Source: Xylographa opegraphella (taxonomy: Eukaryota). From it: a stretch of 64,000 nt of DNA. Positions within the stretch are counted from its first letter, which is position 1. Each line of letters opens with the position of its first letter. The position numbers and the translations under genes are program-made. Of the stretch, positions 23,592 to 36,495 are shown piece after piece. Location of the stretch: contig JALDZX010000004.1 of NCBI GenBank assembly GCA_022813865.1, positions 248,001 through 312,000 on the forward strand. Direction: 5' to 3'. The notes under the pieces were generated by a model, which was not told where the DNA came from, ran no database searches, and was given only the letters and a program-made list of their open reading frames with translations.

Positions 23592-25488
23592 GCTTGGAAG
23601 GGGGGCGACGAGCAGCCACACCCCCCTCCATTCCCCCCATACTCCGTAGGGAGCTATAAATTGTTCGAATGATTCCTTGATCCTCCCAATTCCTTCTTCT
23701 TTCCCCCCCCCCCTAACCCCCGGCTCATCACCCCTCAATTTCACAGGTCGGCCTCCCATTCCAGCCCCCCCAACCCCCTGCTCAATACCTGGTCGGCTCC
23801 CCGCTAAGTCCAAGCTCGGTGTCAGTATCAGCCCCCAACTACAGCTTGGGATGAGGCTTGCCACGACACATCGCTCGCAACAACGTGGCTCTTTCCATTT
23901 CCTTCTAGTCGTCCGTCGTCAGCACATCCCACACCCACCTTGCTCGATCTCGCAGCAGACGCGAGCAGTGGATGATGCGGTGAGGTGCACGGTTTGACAG
24001 AAATAGGCCGCCTGCATGATTCGTTTCGACGCGACCAAGACTCGCGCTGCAGTGCTCCGTTGCGCACATCCGTGGCCGGGGGCGCTCTGTGCTTTCTCCC
24101 GACCTGCGACCGGATCGAGCTCCAGTCGCAAAAGATGTGCAGGCTCTTGGTCCTCACGTCAAGCACTTGCTGCTTCCTTTGCCGGGACCGTCGACGTATC
24201 ATCTACGCGGGCGGGCAGAAGCCGAGGGAACTAGAGACTGGTGACACTTCCTCATCCAGTTCCGCCCCTTCATTCTCCCGTGATTGGCTACCTCACCAGC
24301 CGTAGGATCGCTCACTTGCTCCGTATCCGAAACCGTGGTGCAGTCTGCAGCGAGCAAACGGTTCAAACATCGCTGCTTTGCGAGGCGGTGTGACTCTGTT
24401 TGAGAGCGCTGGTGTCGTAGGTAAGGTGGTAAGGTACGATGGACCAGCCTCGGATGCCATCCTCGTGCATGCGCTGGATGCATCTCCCAACCGCTGAGGG
24501 AGCCACCGGAGGCCAGCGATCCAAAGGGCTCGCTGGTGTAGCCAATATTAATGCTTGGATGCCAGGATTGGATGCCAGGTCCCAGCCCACTTCTTGCGCT
24601 TTTCTGGTCCGTGCCTGAGCGGTCGGATGAGAGCAGTCTCGGCACAGAGCAACAGTGCACCTCCACCGGCGTCATCGACTTGTCATCTTCATGTAACAGC
24701 AGTATGGCCCAATTGTGATTATTTCCTCCTTTTTCCCCCCTCCTCGCTCGACCCCCATTCGGCCCACGGGATCTGATCGTCCTTCGATTGCCTTGTTCCT
24801 GACTGGGTTGACGATCGATGGCATTCAGGCGTTCAGGTTCCGGGTTTCGGCTTCAGTGTTTAGCGCTCGGTGGAAGCTTTCGGCGCAGGGGTTCTCGAAG
24901 CACTAGTTAGGCGAATGACCACGTTTTACTCCGGACTAGTGCCTCCACCCGGATCCCGATTCCCCGATCCGCCAAGCAAAACCTTAACTTCCTCCACCTT
25001 CATCCTGGGCCCATGTCAGCCGGATGCCAGACGCCTTTCTTCTACCGGCCTACGACGCCGTGTTGCTGTCTCCCTACAGATGACGGGGTAGTTGTAAGGG
25101 CAGTGATGAGGGAGTATATACTATAGAGGCGGTTCATGGGGCACAATATCAGTTTGGATCACGTATGAAGCATGGAAAGTGAAACCACTGCTGGACATTG
25201 ACCCGTTCTGAAAGTCTATCATCTACCGGAAAGTGGTTAGGGTCACCTGTCAAACGTTGGAGACCCGGTGCTCGAACGCATACTCAGATGAGGCTGGGAG
25301 CTCTTGCGTGCATCAGTCATCGCCCCAGAAGTTGGAGTGCCCTTGATCGACGTTGGTTGAGAACAAATCCGCTTCCCAGGCGGGCCAGAAATGGTCATTG
25401 TCTCCATTTAACATCCGTTCGCACACTTCATCCGTCGCCAGCGTCACTAGCTTCGGCCTCCGCCTGTCATGCCACCAGAAATCGATTG

Positions 25489-26565
25489 TCATCTTCCTTT
25501 CTTGGCAGAGTCTTGTTGGAATAGTTGACCCAGGGTGGATATCAACGCCTGCTCGGTGCTGAAGTCGTTTGCCTCCTCGAATGCGTTTCCACCTGAAGGA
25601 CCCCACGACTCTCGGCGGAAGTCCCTCCAATCCCAAATGTCATTTCGTCCTGCCGGCTTGAAACGATGTCGAGTACCGCCACTGACGATGCGAATCTTGA
25701 TCTGTTGAACGGGACGTACCAATCCTCTTTGACGCGCAGTCAGATCGTGGTAGTCGGAATGGAAGGATCTTTGCACTTTCGCGTTGGCGCTGGTCAGAAG
25801 TCTGGACACGATACGGAACTCATCCAGCTCGAGCGGCAGATCGATGGTAAACTCGCATTGGCGGACCAGAGGAGTATTCGGTCGCCAGTACCTATACACC
25901 ATAACGAGCGTACACTGGCGCAGCTGGCATCCACAAACGCATCGGCCATGAGCCTTGGTACCACTCATCTGGATGGTGAACAATTTCCGCCTATAGTACA
26001 TGGACAGCACTTCGTCTCGAATGTGGCGATTGACACGGACCAGATGGTCGGTAGAACGGTCGACGTGTTGTGCAGCGTATTTGATGCGCTCTATTTTGGG
26101 TCGAAGACGGAGGATGACAAGCTCGGGATCTCCTGCAGCCAGATAAAGATATATCTGCCCTCGAATATCATATGGTAAATCCATCAGTCGGAAACCTTGC
26201 ATACGGATGATCGACTGTATTTCATCGCGGACTTGGTGGTTGACACGTGCGAAGCGGTCGATGGAGCCACTCTGGAGTATGGGATCTCCTGGTCGTCCCT
26301 TCTGAATGGTCTTTAGTTCGCACCATTCTAGCTCAATGTACACCTGCCTTCGGATGTCAAAAGGAAGATCGAGAAACCGGAAGGGTATCCACGGCGGCTT
26401 GTGCCAGCACCAGGACGGTTTGTTAGGGTCGAACACCACGTATTTGCTCATCGCCGTCGTTCCCCGTTCTTTGCCTTCTGGGGTCCTATTTTCTTTCTTG
26501 AGCGCTGAAGGCTTGGTTCGATCAGTCGCCATAGTTGGCGATCTGTGGGCTATGAGGAAAGTCAT
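25489..26565 (-). CDS. Orphan protein with two tandem F-box-like modules
   Basis: 358-aa ORF containing FRFLDLPFDIRRQVY...SIDRFARVNHQVRDEI and FRLMDLPYDIRGQIY...STDHLVRVNRHIRDEV. The LDLPxEIRxxIY pattern is typical of fungal F-box-like proteins. Confidence 0.72.
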   Translation of the reverse strand: MTFLIAHRSPTMATDRTKPSALKKENRTPEGKERGTTAMSKYVVFDPNKPSWCWHKPPWIPFRFLDLPFDIRRQVYIELEWCELKTIQKGRPGDPILQSGSIDRFARVNHQVRDEIQSIIRMQGFRLMDLPYDIRGQIYLYLAAGDPELVILRLRPKIERIKYAAQHVDRSTDHLVRVNRHIRDEVLSMYYRRKLFTIQMSGTKAHGRCVCGCQLRQCTLVMVYRYWRPNTPLVRQCEFTIDLPLELDEFRIVSRLLTSANAKVQRSFHSDYHDLTARQRGLVRPVQQIKIRIVSGGTRHRFKPAGRNDIWDWRDFRRESWGPSGGNAFEEANDFSTEQALISTLGQLFQQDSAKKGR

Positions 26566-28669
26566 GATGAGATGATGGAAAATTGCGCCTGACAGAAATC
26601 TTAAGTGGACGGAGCAGCGAAGATGGGAGTGTGTAAATGAAAGTGAGTACGAAGAATTATGTGATGTTGAATCGTTTCCTTATGGTTGACCTGACTCAAT
26701 TCTTATTGTTCTGAGTCTGTGAATTACAGACCCGTGAGTCACTGAAGAAGGCAGGACCGAGCCGAAGCGCTCTCGCTTAATCGGAATTTTAAGCCCTTCA
26801 CTCAAGCACTACCTTATAGTTGTTCTGCTTGCAATATTCATTCCGAGCCTACACCGCATCCTGCATGTTCTGCACTTTGGCTTTTTCTAGTCTCTGCTAG
26901 ACACCCAATTGAGGAAAATGGACTTCGCGGTGTTAGTGGCATGGCTACCACGCTTGCTTGCTTGTGGGAACCACTACTTTGATTCCCGAATGACTGCGGT
27001 CTCGTCTATCCTCCTCGTATCATGTTGATATTGTTACGGTGGCGTCATTTCTGAAAGCGAGATGCAGCTTTCGGGTTTCCCCTACCATCATTCGTTGCTA
27101 GAGGTACTCGCTTTCCTTCTTGCCTCAATCTTCCCTGTGCGTGCGTGACAGGGAGGAAGCCGAGATTAATATAGATCTGGAAGGCACTCCGAGGTTAGGC
27201 TCGGCTCCAATAAGTTCTGTTGACTATTTGGACTTTATATTTGCTTTGGATTCCAACTTCGCGCAAGCTACTGCTTGGTCTGTTCACTGTTCCTTCGTTG
27301 TCAGGCCGTACCGCCATCTGCTTAGCTCGTTAGATACTCATTTCGTCGTTACACTATTTCGTTTATCTCACCGTCTAGATACTGCTGAATTGAATCATAT
27401 CGGTCCAAAGACTTCATAGTCAAGCTACATCATGGTCCAATCATTTCACGGTCCTTAGTCTTGATACTTTTGTGCCTTGATCATCTTGGCCCTATTTTGG
27501 AAGAACAAGGATAGCCACCAATATCATTTTGCCAATGGCAACCCGAATAGTCCTCAGACAAACGCTAACAATCGTGCTCACTATTATCTTCTCCCAATCT
27601 CTTTCCTTTCCCACCCACTGCCCAATAAAGTCTTCTAACCATCCCGTGATTTACATAACAATCAACCTTCCAGTCCACTCTTCCCATCCCAACTCATCAG
27701 ACTCTCCGTCCCAATTCCTAAATTTTGCAGCGTAGGGGGGCGGGGCTGTGAAGGGATAGCCGGTGATTTTGGTTGATACTCAAGGCTTGGAGACGCAAGC
27801 CGCATGATGAATTCAGAATGAGATAGGGAAGCATGAGCACCAATAACCTGGTGACGAACGGGGAGGAAAAGTGGCTTTCGATAGGAATACCGTGATGCTA
27901 TTCCTCGGTGCATGGAAGTCGAATTTGCAAACAAAATCGACTGCTGTGTGGTGACTGACACCGCTGATAGCAGACTTTGCAGCAAGCCGCGCAATCGAAC
28001 TTACCCTTCCAGTTGCAATTGCTGAAGCGTTTAAGCAGCAGAGGCTTGGCGATGGATATGTTGGCCGAGATGCGCAAGATGCGGATCTTCAATCGCCAAC
28101 GACAGAAGCTCGGTACAATGGTAAGCACGCGAGCATGACGCCTACCTGTGTCGGTCGTAACCACGCAGTGCTGGTCTCTCGATCTCCTCCCTCGTTATGA
28201 CAGACTCCACCCCTTCGTCATGTCGTCGTTGCAGATATCAAACAACCCTTTATCTATTGTTTGAAAACCAACAACACTCAAGGCGCACTCTTATATATGA
28301 CCTGATGGCCAATAACACTCCAGGCGCTCAGGGCTATCGTCTACAACCAAACGTACCGTCTGTGTCCTATCCAGTCGGGAAGAATGATTCGACCGCAAAG
28401 GGCTAACCTGTTAGGCGTTCTCGGCGCTTCACGATGGCAGCGCACAACACGTTGGCGCGCGGAACAAGCGCACAGCTAGGTGTTCTCGCGTGAGGCAGAC
28501 AAGGCGGCCCAGATGTGAAGTATTACGCCTTAGCTCTGCCGCGTGCTGTAGTGACCGCTAGGACAGGATCCGTGGAAGTCTTCTCATTTCCTTCTCGGTT
28601 GTACCTAGTGTTAAACCTGGCGCCTGTGAGAGATCGCGCCTTAGATCTCAACCTTGCTTGCTTCTATCT

Positions 28670-28730
28670 CTCACCAACCTTACCAGCTTCTACCTCTCAC
28701 CAACCTTGACAGCTTGTACCACTCACCAAC
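28670..28730 (+). repeat. Degenerate 26-bp tandem repeat, about 2.3 copies, just upstream of the ATG at 28735
   Basis: CTCACCAACCTTACCAGCTTCTACCT / CTCACCAACCTTGACAGCTTGTACCA / CTCACCAAC. Confidence 0.7.
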
Positions 28731-28734
28731 AAGC

Positions 28735-30261
28735 ATGGCGCTCTCACAGTGCAACGAGGACGTGCTTCTGACCATCGCATCTTACCTTCACCATGACCTC
28801 CAACCAATCTCGTATGACATGGACTTTGAGGAGCGGCGACGGGTCTTCCACCCCCTGGTGTTGGTCTGCCGCCGACTGAGTGTCATATACACTCCCCTGC
28901 TATACCGGACTCTCAGTATCAGATACGACAGGAACACCTGGCCGGCCAAGGACAAGCAGAGGTGGCTTCAGCAGAACCCAGACCGACGGATCATGGATGC
29001 TCTCTTCCAAACACTGCATCAAGTTCCGGCGCGTCGCTTCTGCACTTGCTTCTTGGAAGTGAGCTGGGGACTGAACAGCGATAACCCTGGTTTGTGTCCT
29101 GCGTGATCTTCCCGGAAAACCACTGACCAGCTTTACACAGGAGACCACAACTTGATCACCAACATCCTCAATGCGTTCCCGCGTGTACGGGGACTGCACA
29201 TCTTCGCCCCTCAACGGCGGTACATAGACCGACGCACATTTGCCTTTCTACCTGGGCCCTCAGGTTCTTGGTCCGAAGAGATCACAGAGCTTCGACTCAC
29301 CCAGACAGTCACAGCAAGCATCTTACCCATCGTCTTCTCTTTGCCCAATCTTCGCACTCTCGAACTCGCAGCCGTTGACACACAAGAGATCATCATAGTG
29401 CCCATTCCACCCAGAGCTCGGCCTGTGCGTTGTGGAATAGTACACCTCTTCCTTACCGCTGGTCTTAATTCGAACCAACTCGTCCAACTCCTTGCAAGGC
29501 CGGCTGCTCTCGAAACCTTGGTCTACAACCATACACTTATTCTCGCACCATGGGCAGACTTTCCATGGTCAAAGAGTTTCCAAGCGGCACTGCAGCCGAC
29601 CCGTCACAGTCTCGTTACTCTCAAAATCGTGATTGTGGATCGTCAAGGCAATGCTGGAATCTACTACCCATACGACACCACTTTACTAGACCTGTCCTCT
29701 TTCCCCTTCTTGAAAGACCTCCAAGTACCGAGCCACCTACTAGTTGGTAACCCGACGTGCAACTACTCACGCGATAACATCCGCAACCTTTTGCCGTCAT
29801 CACTCCGATCGTTCGAAATTAACTTTTCAGCCTTCGACATCTTATTCTCCCGCGACTGGAAGGAAGGCTGGGCCTTCGATCCATTCGTAGATGACGACTG
29901 GCTCTATGCGATCTATACAGACTGCTCCGTCAGTAACCGATTTCCACACCTCAAAACCATCATCGCAAGCGATACCGGTTGTACGAAAGACCGCGGTCAG
30001 GCGACTGAACTTCAAAACATTTTCGCAGATCTCGACGTGCAATTGCATATAGCTCCTCGCACCCATCTTGCTTGTGAAGACGAGGAGTACGAAAGGGACG
30101 AGGATATGCAAAATCGACAAGAATACTGGAATAACGGTGCACCAACTTTCGGACAGGAGCTGAATCGAGTAGTTCGCGGAGGACGGACATGGAATGGCTG
30201 GAGGAGGCTGACGACGAGGAGATGCAATGGCTGGATGAGTGGGAAGGCTTCGATGAGATGA
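28735..30261 (+). CDS. F-box-like / leucine-rich-repeat-like protein (2 exons)
   Basis: F-box-like start MALSQCNEDVLLTIASYL...LVLVCRRLSVIYTPLLYR. Intron GTTTGT..ACTGAC..CAG (29090..29140) joins the two ORFs in frame. LRR-like segments LPNLRTLEL, FPFLKDLQV, LPSSLRSFEI and FPHLKTI. Confidence 0.75.
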
Positions 30262-32701
30262 TGGTAAGTGAGCAGGAGCGAGTGGCGCAGAGTTAGGTGA
30301 TGGGGCAGTGGCAGCGAAGTGAGTGAAGTGGCAGTGGCCACATCATGAGGATTCGAGGGAGGAACGAGAGGAGATGTTCCGAGGTGGAGCCAGACGAGAG
30401 GATGTATGAGTCTCCCTCGAGACTATGAGGCAGCGACTGGCTCAAAGTGTGGTCTGATGATATGAAATGTGGAGCATGTCTGTGGCTGTTGGTAGAAATC
30501 TCCTGTTCTGATTGTTGGGAGACTTGCTTCTCTAATAAGAGAACGACATGGAGTACATACCATCGATTGATACTGCCTGTATGCTGGTCGTGATAACTGA
30601 AGCTTCGTACGGAATCGCCATCTTGGGTAGACCGGGAGGGGATAATCAACCGGCGATATAGGAGTCCTTCCGAACACCTTAGCGCCTTCTGCAATCTCTG
30701 TGCCCTTCATGGGTTTTCTTTCTTCATTCCTTTTCAGGAGCATCATCGTCTTATCTCCTTCATGTCTGAAGCGGGGCGCTTGGTACATATGATACTATTC
30801 TCTCCTCGTACATACAACTCAAGCTTGTCGGTCCGCATCTCCGATGGGCCTGCATTCCCTCAAGCAGTCTCCCATGATCCGGTTCCGACCAGATGCGCAG
30901 TTCAGGTGAGGGTTTATATAAACAGCAGAACGGCATCTCATGGTGCTTGATCTTGACTTTATGGATGTTAAAACATAAATGACGCTTCGTATGCTCCAGG
31001 TCACGTAGCACGCGCGCTCCCTTGATAGGCAACGAATCCTGTGGGACAGCTTTACCGAGCTAGCCCACAAACAAGTGCGTTCGAGCTCTGGATTTGAGAA
31101 CCCTGGCAGAGAGCACAGCGGGCGTCGGATACTAGATTCAGCGTGTAAAAGTTGGCGAAGCAAATTATGGCAAGGATGTCTGCACACCCCCCTGGTTCTT
31201 GGAGTGAGCATTTCCCTGGAATATACAAGTGCCTATAAGCCTTAACCGCTCAGCAATTATACAGTCTGCTTCAGTCCCCCGCTGTCACTTGAAAGAATCC
31301 GAGAACAGTGAGTTATACACAACCACAATGAGCCTTAGAGCGTTACTGTTCTCGGGTCCGACCGTCAAGCAGGCCATGCGGATAAGGAAGCTATAAAGAC
31401 ATTGATAGTCTGATACTTGCTTTTACGCTCGTGTATAGTAACGATTGCAGTTGCGCACCCAGGCAAAAGCCACTGCTGGCTATTCAAGGGCGATTTACAA
31501 GCGGCGGTGAAGGACGATAAGCCGTCAGGATTCAAGCGGCGCAACAATAGCCTTAGGCGGCAATCTGTCGCTTACTATTTCAATACGGAACGGAGTTGTA
31601 TATAACAATGAGTACCCATATGAGGTAACAGATCGCTGCAGGAAGCGGAAAAGTCAGTGATGGGGACGGCAATCTGGGTCTTCGAAATATTAGCATGGAT
31701 ACAACTCGTGATATCGAGATGGAAGAGGATTGGCCTCACAATCACCGAGAATTCCTTAGGCATCAGACTTTTCGTACCTGGGCTGGGACAATTGAATCTC
31801 CAGGTTTGCCTTAAACTGATGATATTGGTCTTCTGGAGAAAATGCTGAATTTCTTCTCAAATCATAATACAAAGTCGCTATGGCAACGAAATTTGTGAAT
31901 AGCAAGCCGATATCGTGTACGTAAAGCATAAAAACAGAAACATAGAAAGCATCAATACTTGATTGAATCACAGTTACAATAATGGGATGTGCAAATCAAT
32001 GAGACTATCCTATTGGAACTTTTGAGACAAACCTCGGGAATCTAGTCAGAAATTGTGGAAGAAGATTGATTGGTAAGAAGATGGGTCACAAGTGGTAGAG
32101 TACGAAAGTCTACCGCGTTGCGTATCACTATCCTGTATCTGGAATATAGAGACGTGGGAGTTTCTTGAACTTGAGACGAACAATGTCCAAGCTGCCTGCA
32201 TCGGACCCAATCGGCCCGTAGCCGCTTACCGCTACGGCGGGCGATAAAGGGCTTCGTGAATTATCCTAGGGTAAGACTACGAACCTAAGGTACCTAGGAT
32301 AACTCATAATGCTGGATTGTCCAAGGTGTCACGCGGCTGCATCCCAGTATAAGGTAACTACAGTAAAGTATACGGCCCATCATCGGAACCATGGGGTATC
32401 ATTGCCGCTTCATAACGTGAGACTTCCTGCTCAGATAGCCCTGTCACAAGACAACCCATATCAAGGAATCCAGCAGGCTCTAGCATTACATTATGGTTCA
32501 TCTAAACTGAGTATCGAGCGGGTGATGGAGTGAACTCCTATCCCTCAACAAGGGCCTCGAGGTCCCCTTACAGCTTTCTGCCGAAACCAAGCATTACGTG
32601 TAGAGTACGTGCCTGCACGGTATGACACAGCAAGGGCCGTGTCACAACTACGACCAGTTCATCCGCGGAGCCTTCGTAAAACGGTTCTGCAACCGGGTCG
32701 A

Positions 32702-35700
32702 TCAAAAGCGTGTCGACTTTTGAAGCCTCTCGACCTCCTGTAAGCAGACACTTGCCGCGATCCAGCGGAAGCTCATGACTGGGCTTCTTCCTCGTCGTAC
32801 CGGGTCATCATCCTCAAGGCCCAAAGCCATACACGCGATCGATCGTTCGAGAGCCTCTTGCCTGCCTGCTTCTTTGTTTCGAATCTGAGAGACTATGAAT
32901 TCGACCAGTCGCTCGTAGTCTACTTATATCATCAGTGGCCGTAAGAAAAGTATGGCTAAACCGGCTATTACCTGCTCTCATGTTCATCGAAGCCTCACGT
33001 TGACGTTTCGTCTGTCCATGTGTTTTGCCTACAATGTTACCAATAAACACTTCGAGTTCTGTGATGGTGGAAGCCCATGGCGTAGGAGAGTACTGGTACA
33101 TAAGATTGATCAGATTGTCCTCGTAGCTGATATGAGTTAGAGTTCGAGGCACAGGAATAGTGGCAGAAAGAGTCAACTTGCATTTCTTTAATATCTTTAG
33201 CAGTCTCAGTGCAATGAAACCAAAGAAAGCCAGCGGTCTCATTCCGCACATATGAACAGAGAGATTCGAAGACGGCCGGACTTGTTTGGTTAAGATTCTT
33301 GGTTGAATTTTGCAACTCTTTCATAAAAGCCTGCTCGTCGATTGCACGGTACAGAAGCCCCAGGACCTTTTTACTCTTGTAATATCGATAAAAGCTTGTC
33401 TCCCCTTCCTCTTCATCCAGGGAGACTGTAGAGTCGGCCAATGCAATCGTTTCTGCAATTTCTACTCGAGGTCCAGTTGCCATGAAGTCAGGCCGGAGTC
33501 GTTTATTCTTTGGAAGACGCGAAATATCCGCCTAGTAATGTAAGTTGCAACACGGCCTTGATCGATGTGCATCACTTACCGGAATACCAGTTTTGGAATA
33601 GTCTACAGCAGTAGAATGAAGTTCAGCCAGAGTCAAGCACTCTTGATCGAACGTTCCCTGCTTTTTCTGGTCGGCAATCGACTGATGTAATGTTGCAATA
33701 CGCCCCAGCTGATCCTGTTGCATGAATGTCAGAAAGTGATGAATGATATCTGGTCTTTCTACAGGACGGTCCAGTGAGATTGCCTCTACCCGTGGGTAGT
33801 CAGCAGCTTCCACAACGCGCTTAGGTTTCAACCGCTCATCGTAGATGATATTATAGAGGTCGCCGTCAAGATCTCCACCACTGAGTTTGCTCGGCAGGTC
33901 GCGACTTCCACGCTGGCTGAATACAACACAATTATGGAGGCCATTAAGAGGAGACTCATCTGGGACATTCACAGCGTTGACAAGCTGTATATCGCCCGGA
34001 TGGAGTGCCGGAGAACGAGTTATAGCCACATTGGCACCTACCAGGACCTTTCGTCTCCCTGTGGTATCGTCGATTATTGGGCAATAGACTTCACCTTCTC
34101 GTAGGAAACCAGTCTCATCCATGATTCCATGCAGAGTAAATCCCTGCGGCACATAAATCCTGGCACGATACTTAAGTTCCCGGAGTTTGACTAGTACTGA
34201 AAGCTCGATCATGTGGCGCAGAAACTGATCATTCAGAAAATTCAGTTGCAGTCTGACCAGAGTTCGAACAAGGGTCGGTATCATTGCAGATGTTGCGAGG
34301 TTGGCTTTTTCTAGAAAGTTCGCAGCCAGTATTGGAGACTGTGCAGTCTCCCGGAGTTCGTCGACTTCCTCCTGCTGAAGGTCCAGCAAAGGTTGTTCGG
34401 ATACGCCAAGGTCTTCCAGTATTTTAATTAACTGTCTGTTCAGGCGTAACGGCAGGGGCCTTATTCCTGAGCCGCAAATCTCAATATTGAATGCATCTGG
34501 TGCTTCAAATTTCCTCATAGACTTTCTCAGCATCAACACATCACCAGATCGTGTTGTATCTAAGGAAATCATGCCCTTCGCCCCTTGGAGACTCATTATC
34601 AGCAGGAACCACCTGGATTAAGTTAGCTGGGAGTTCCGCTTACCTGCAAATCTTATTTGGATGACTGTCGGCTTGATTTTTGCTCGTACAGCGTACTTCT
34701 CCCAGATCTTCTCTATGAGCGACTGAGATACTGTACCGACACCATCACTGAACACTCGGCTATTTCTTTCGATATCGTCCACTAGTTCCACAACTCCAAG
34801 ATCGACATCTACTGAAGGTACGGTCTCTGAAAGAGCTTGCCCAATTCTGGCTGCACACTTTGCAGGCGATCTGATGTGGCTGAAATCACCCAATGTGCGA
34901 ATAATGCTTCTTGCATCGAGCGGCTCTCCAGTCTCGGTTGTGAAGGCTGCCATGAACCAACAAGATTGTGAACGTAAAGACGAATGAGAAAATCCAAGGA
35001 ACTCGAAGTGTCGATCACCAACGAAAAAGCCATTAATAAGAACAGTCCTGAACCGCTGCTTAAATATGTGATCCAGGGATACGTCTTGTTCAAACCGTAT
35101 AGGGTCTCCAGTTTCTTCCATGAACTCGACCCGCATGAAGTAATCGGTGTGGTCAGGATAGCGTCGAAGGATGCGATTCTTGGACTCCCAGTAAGGACCA
35201 GTAAGATAAATGCCAAGCGGTGTCACAGTAGCTCGATGAATCCAAGTGCCGTTAGGATGAGACGTTCTGGTATAAGGGAGATAGGCTTCTTGTCCACCAG
35301 TATCTGCAAAGCCTAGAATAAATTTGGCCAACATGCCGAGTTCAAAATCCGCTTGATCCGCTTCGGGACCAGCGTACTGCACTTTCTTAGCCAAGTTCTG
35401 TATACAGTGTACAGCAAGATCAACCCCAACCCGACGATAGAATTGAACGACAGTAGAGATTAAATGATTCACTTTATCTGGCGATAGAATGCCATTCCAC
35501 ACTAGCATTTGAAGCTGATATTTCAGCTGATAAGGTATTTCTTGGTGAGCCAGGGACGTTACAAACAATACTAGCTGCTCGCAATAGGTAACTGGCGGTG
35601 GGATGGTAGAGGTTTTCCACGACACAAGTTTCGGAATTTGTCTCTCTTTTAAAGCTAATATCAGCTGCAAGTCGGCTGTGTAATTCAGGACGAACTGATA

Positions 35701-36495
35701 CGTGAAGCACGTTGCCGCAACAGCATCACTGGCTTTCCCAAGACTATCGATCCTGGATTTCACCCGCTTCTTGGTTGGAATGGTCGGAACGGCGACTTTT
35801 AGATCATTCATTTGAATAGCAAGCATTGCGGCGTCATAGATGTCGTCCGCCGATGGTGTTATCTCGTACAGCCTTGGTGCTATCGCTAAGGATATAGTCA
35901 CTGTAGGGTTGAATGGTTTCCCAAGATAAATCGAGCCGTGGATACTGGAGTAGTCGTACTCAATTTCGAGCTCGGGAAAAGTACCATAAGCTGGCATTGA
36001 GATGTTTAAGGAAGACTTTCCGAAGAGAATGGTACCATGCCGGCTGTAACGAAAGTAGTCTACAAACACGGCATGTTGCCCCATGTAGTCCCACAGGCCG
36101 CACGAGAAAGAACTGATCGCAAACGACTTTTGGGATTTGGTGGCCGTTGATGGTATCAGTCTCGGAATACGTTGGATCCGGGCAGCCTCCTCCTCTTCAA
36201 GAGAGCGAAGTAGAAACTCGTCGGGTGGATTGTTCCTACTCTTGGTCACTGTCACCGGCCTCCCGAATAGCTTTAGCTGTTGCTTCGGAGGCCGGCGTTT
36301 GCCTTGCATAGAACCGTAACGATCGAGAAGCTTCTGGGCTTTTTGAGCATCACCGATTGTGAGAGTCGCAAGTCCCTTGTTCATTTTCCGGCAGTGAAAT
36401 GTGTAGATCGACAGCGAGTTCAGGACTGGGAGAAAGGATTTCTTCAGATGAGCATCGGTCGTTTGTTCTGGTAATCCAAGACAGAAGACCTCCAT
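32702..36495 (-). CDS. Eukaryotic RNAi RNA-dependent RNA polymerase (RdRP), probably RRP-3-like; 5 exons
   Basis: MEVF start at 36495. Motifs FLGFSHSSLR, SPAKCAARIGQ, FSDGVG, IQIRFA|GAKGM, RSPALHPGD, catalytic SGGDLDGD, LHSTAVDYSKTG and RPDFMA. Splices rebuilt through to TGA at 32704..32702. Subfamily call is inference. Confidence 0.96.

Noticed and set aside
25103..25211. Box C/D snoRNA candidate (GTGATGA ... CTGA)
   Set aside because: No terminal stem and no convincing rRNA-complementary guide; expected by chance.
32261..32302. 10-bp inverted repeat TTATCCTAGG/CCTAGGATAA in a TpA-rich patch (MITE or RIP relic?)
   Set aside because: Too short, with no second copy or transposase remnant in the window.
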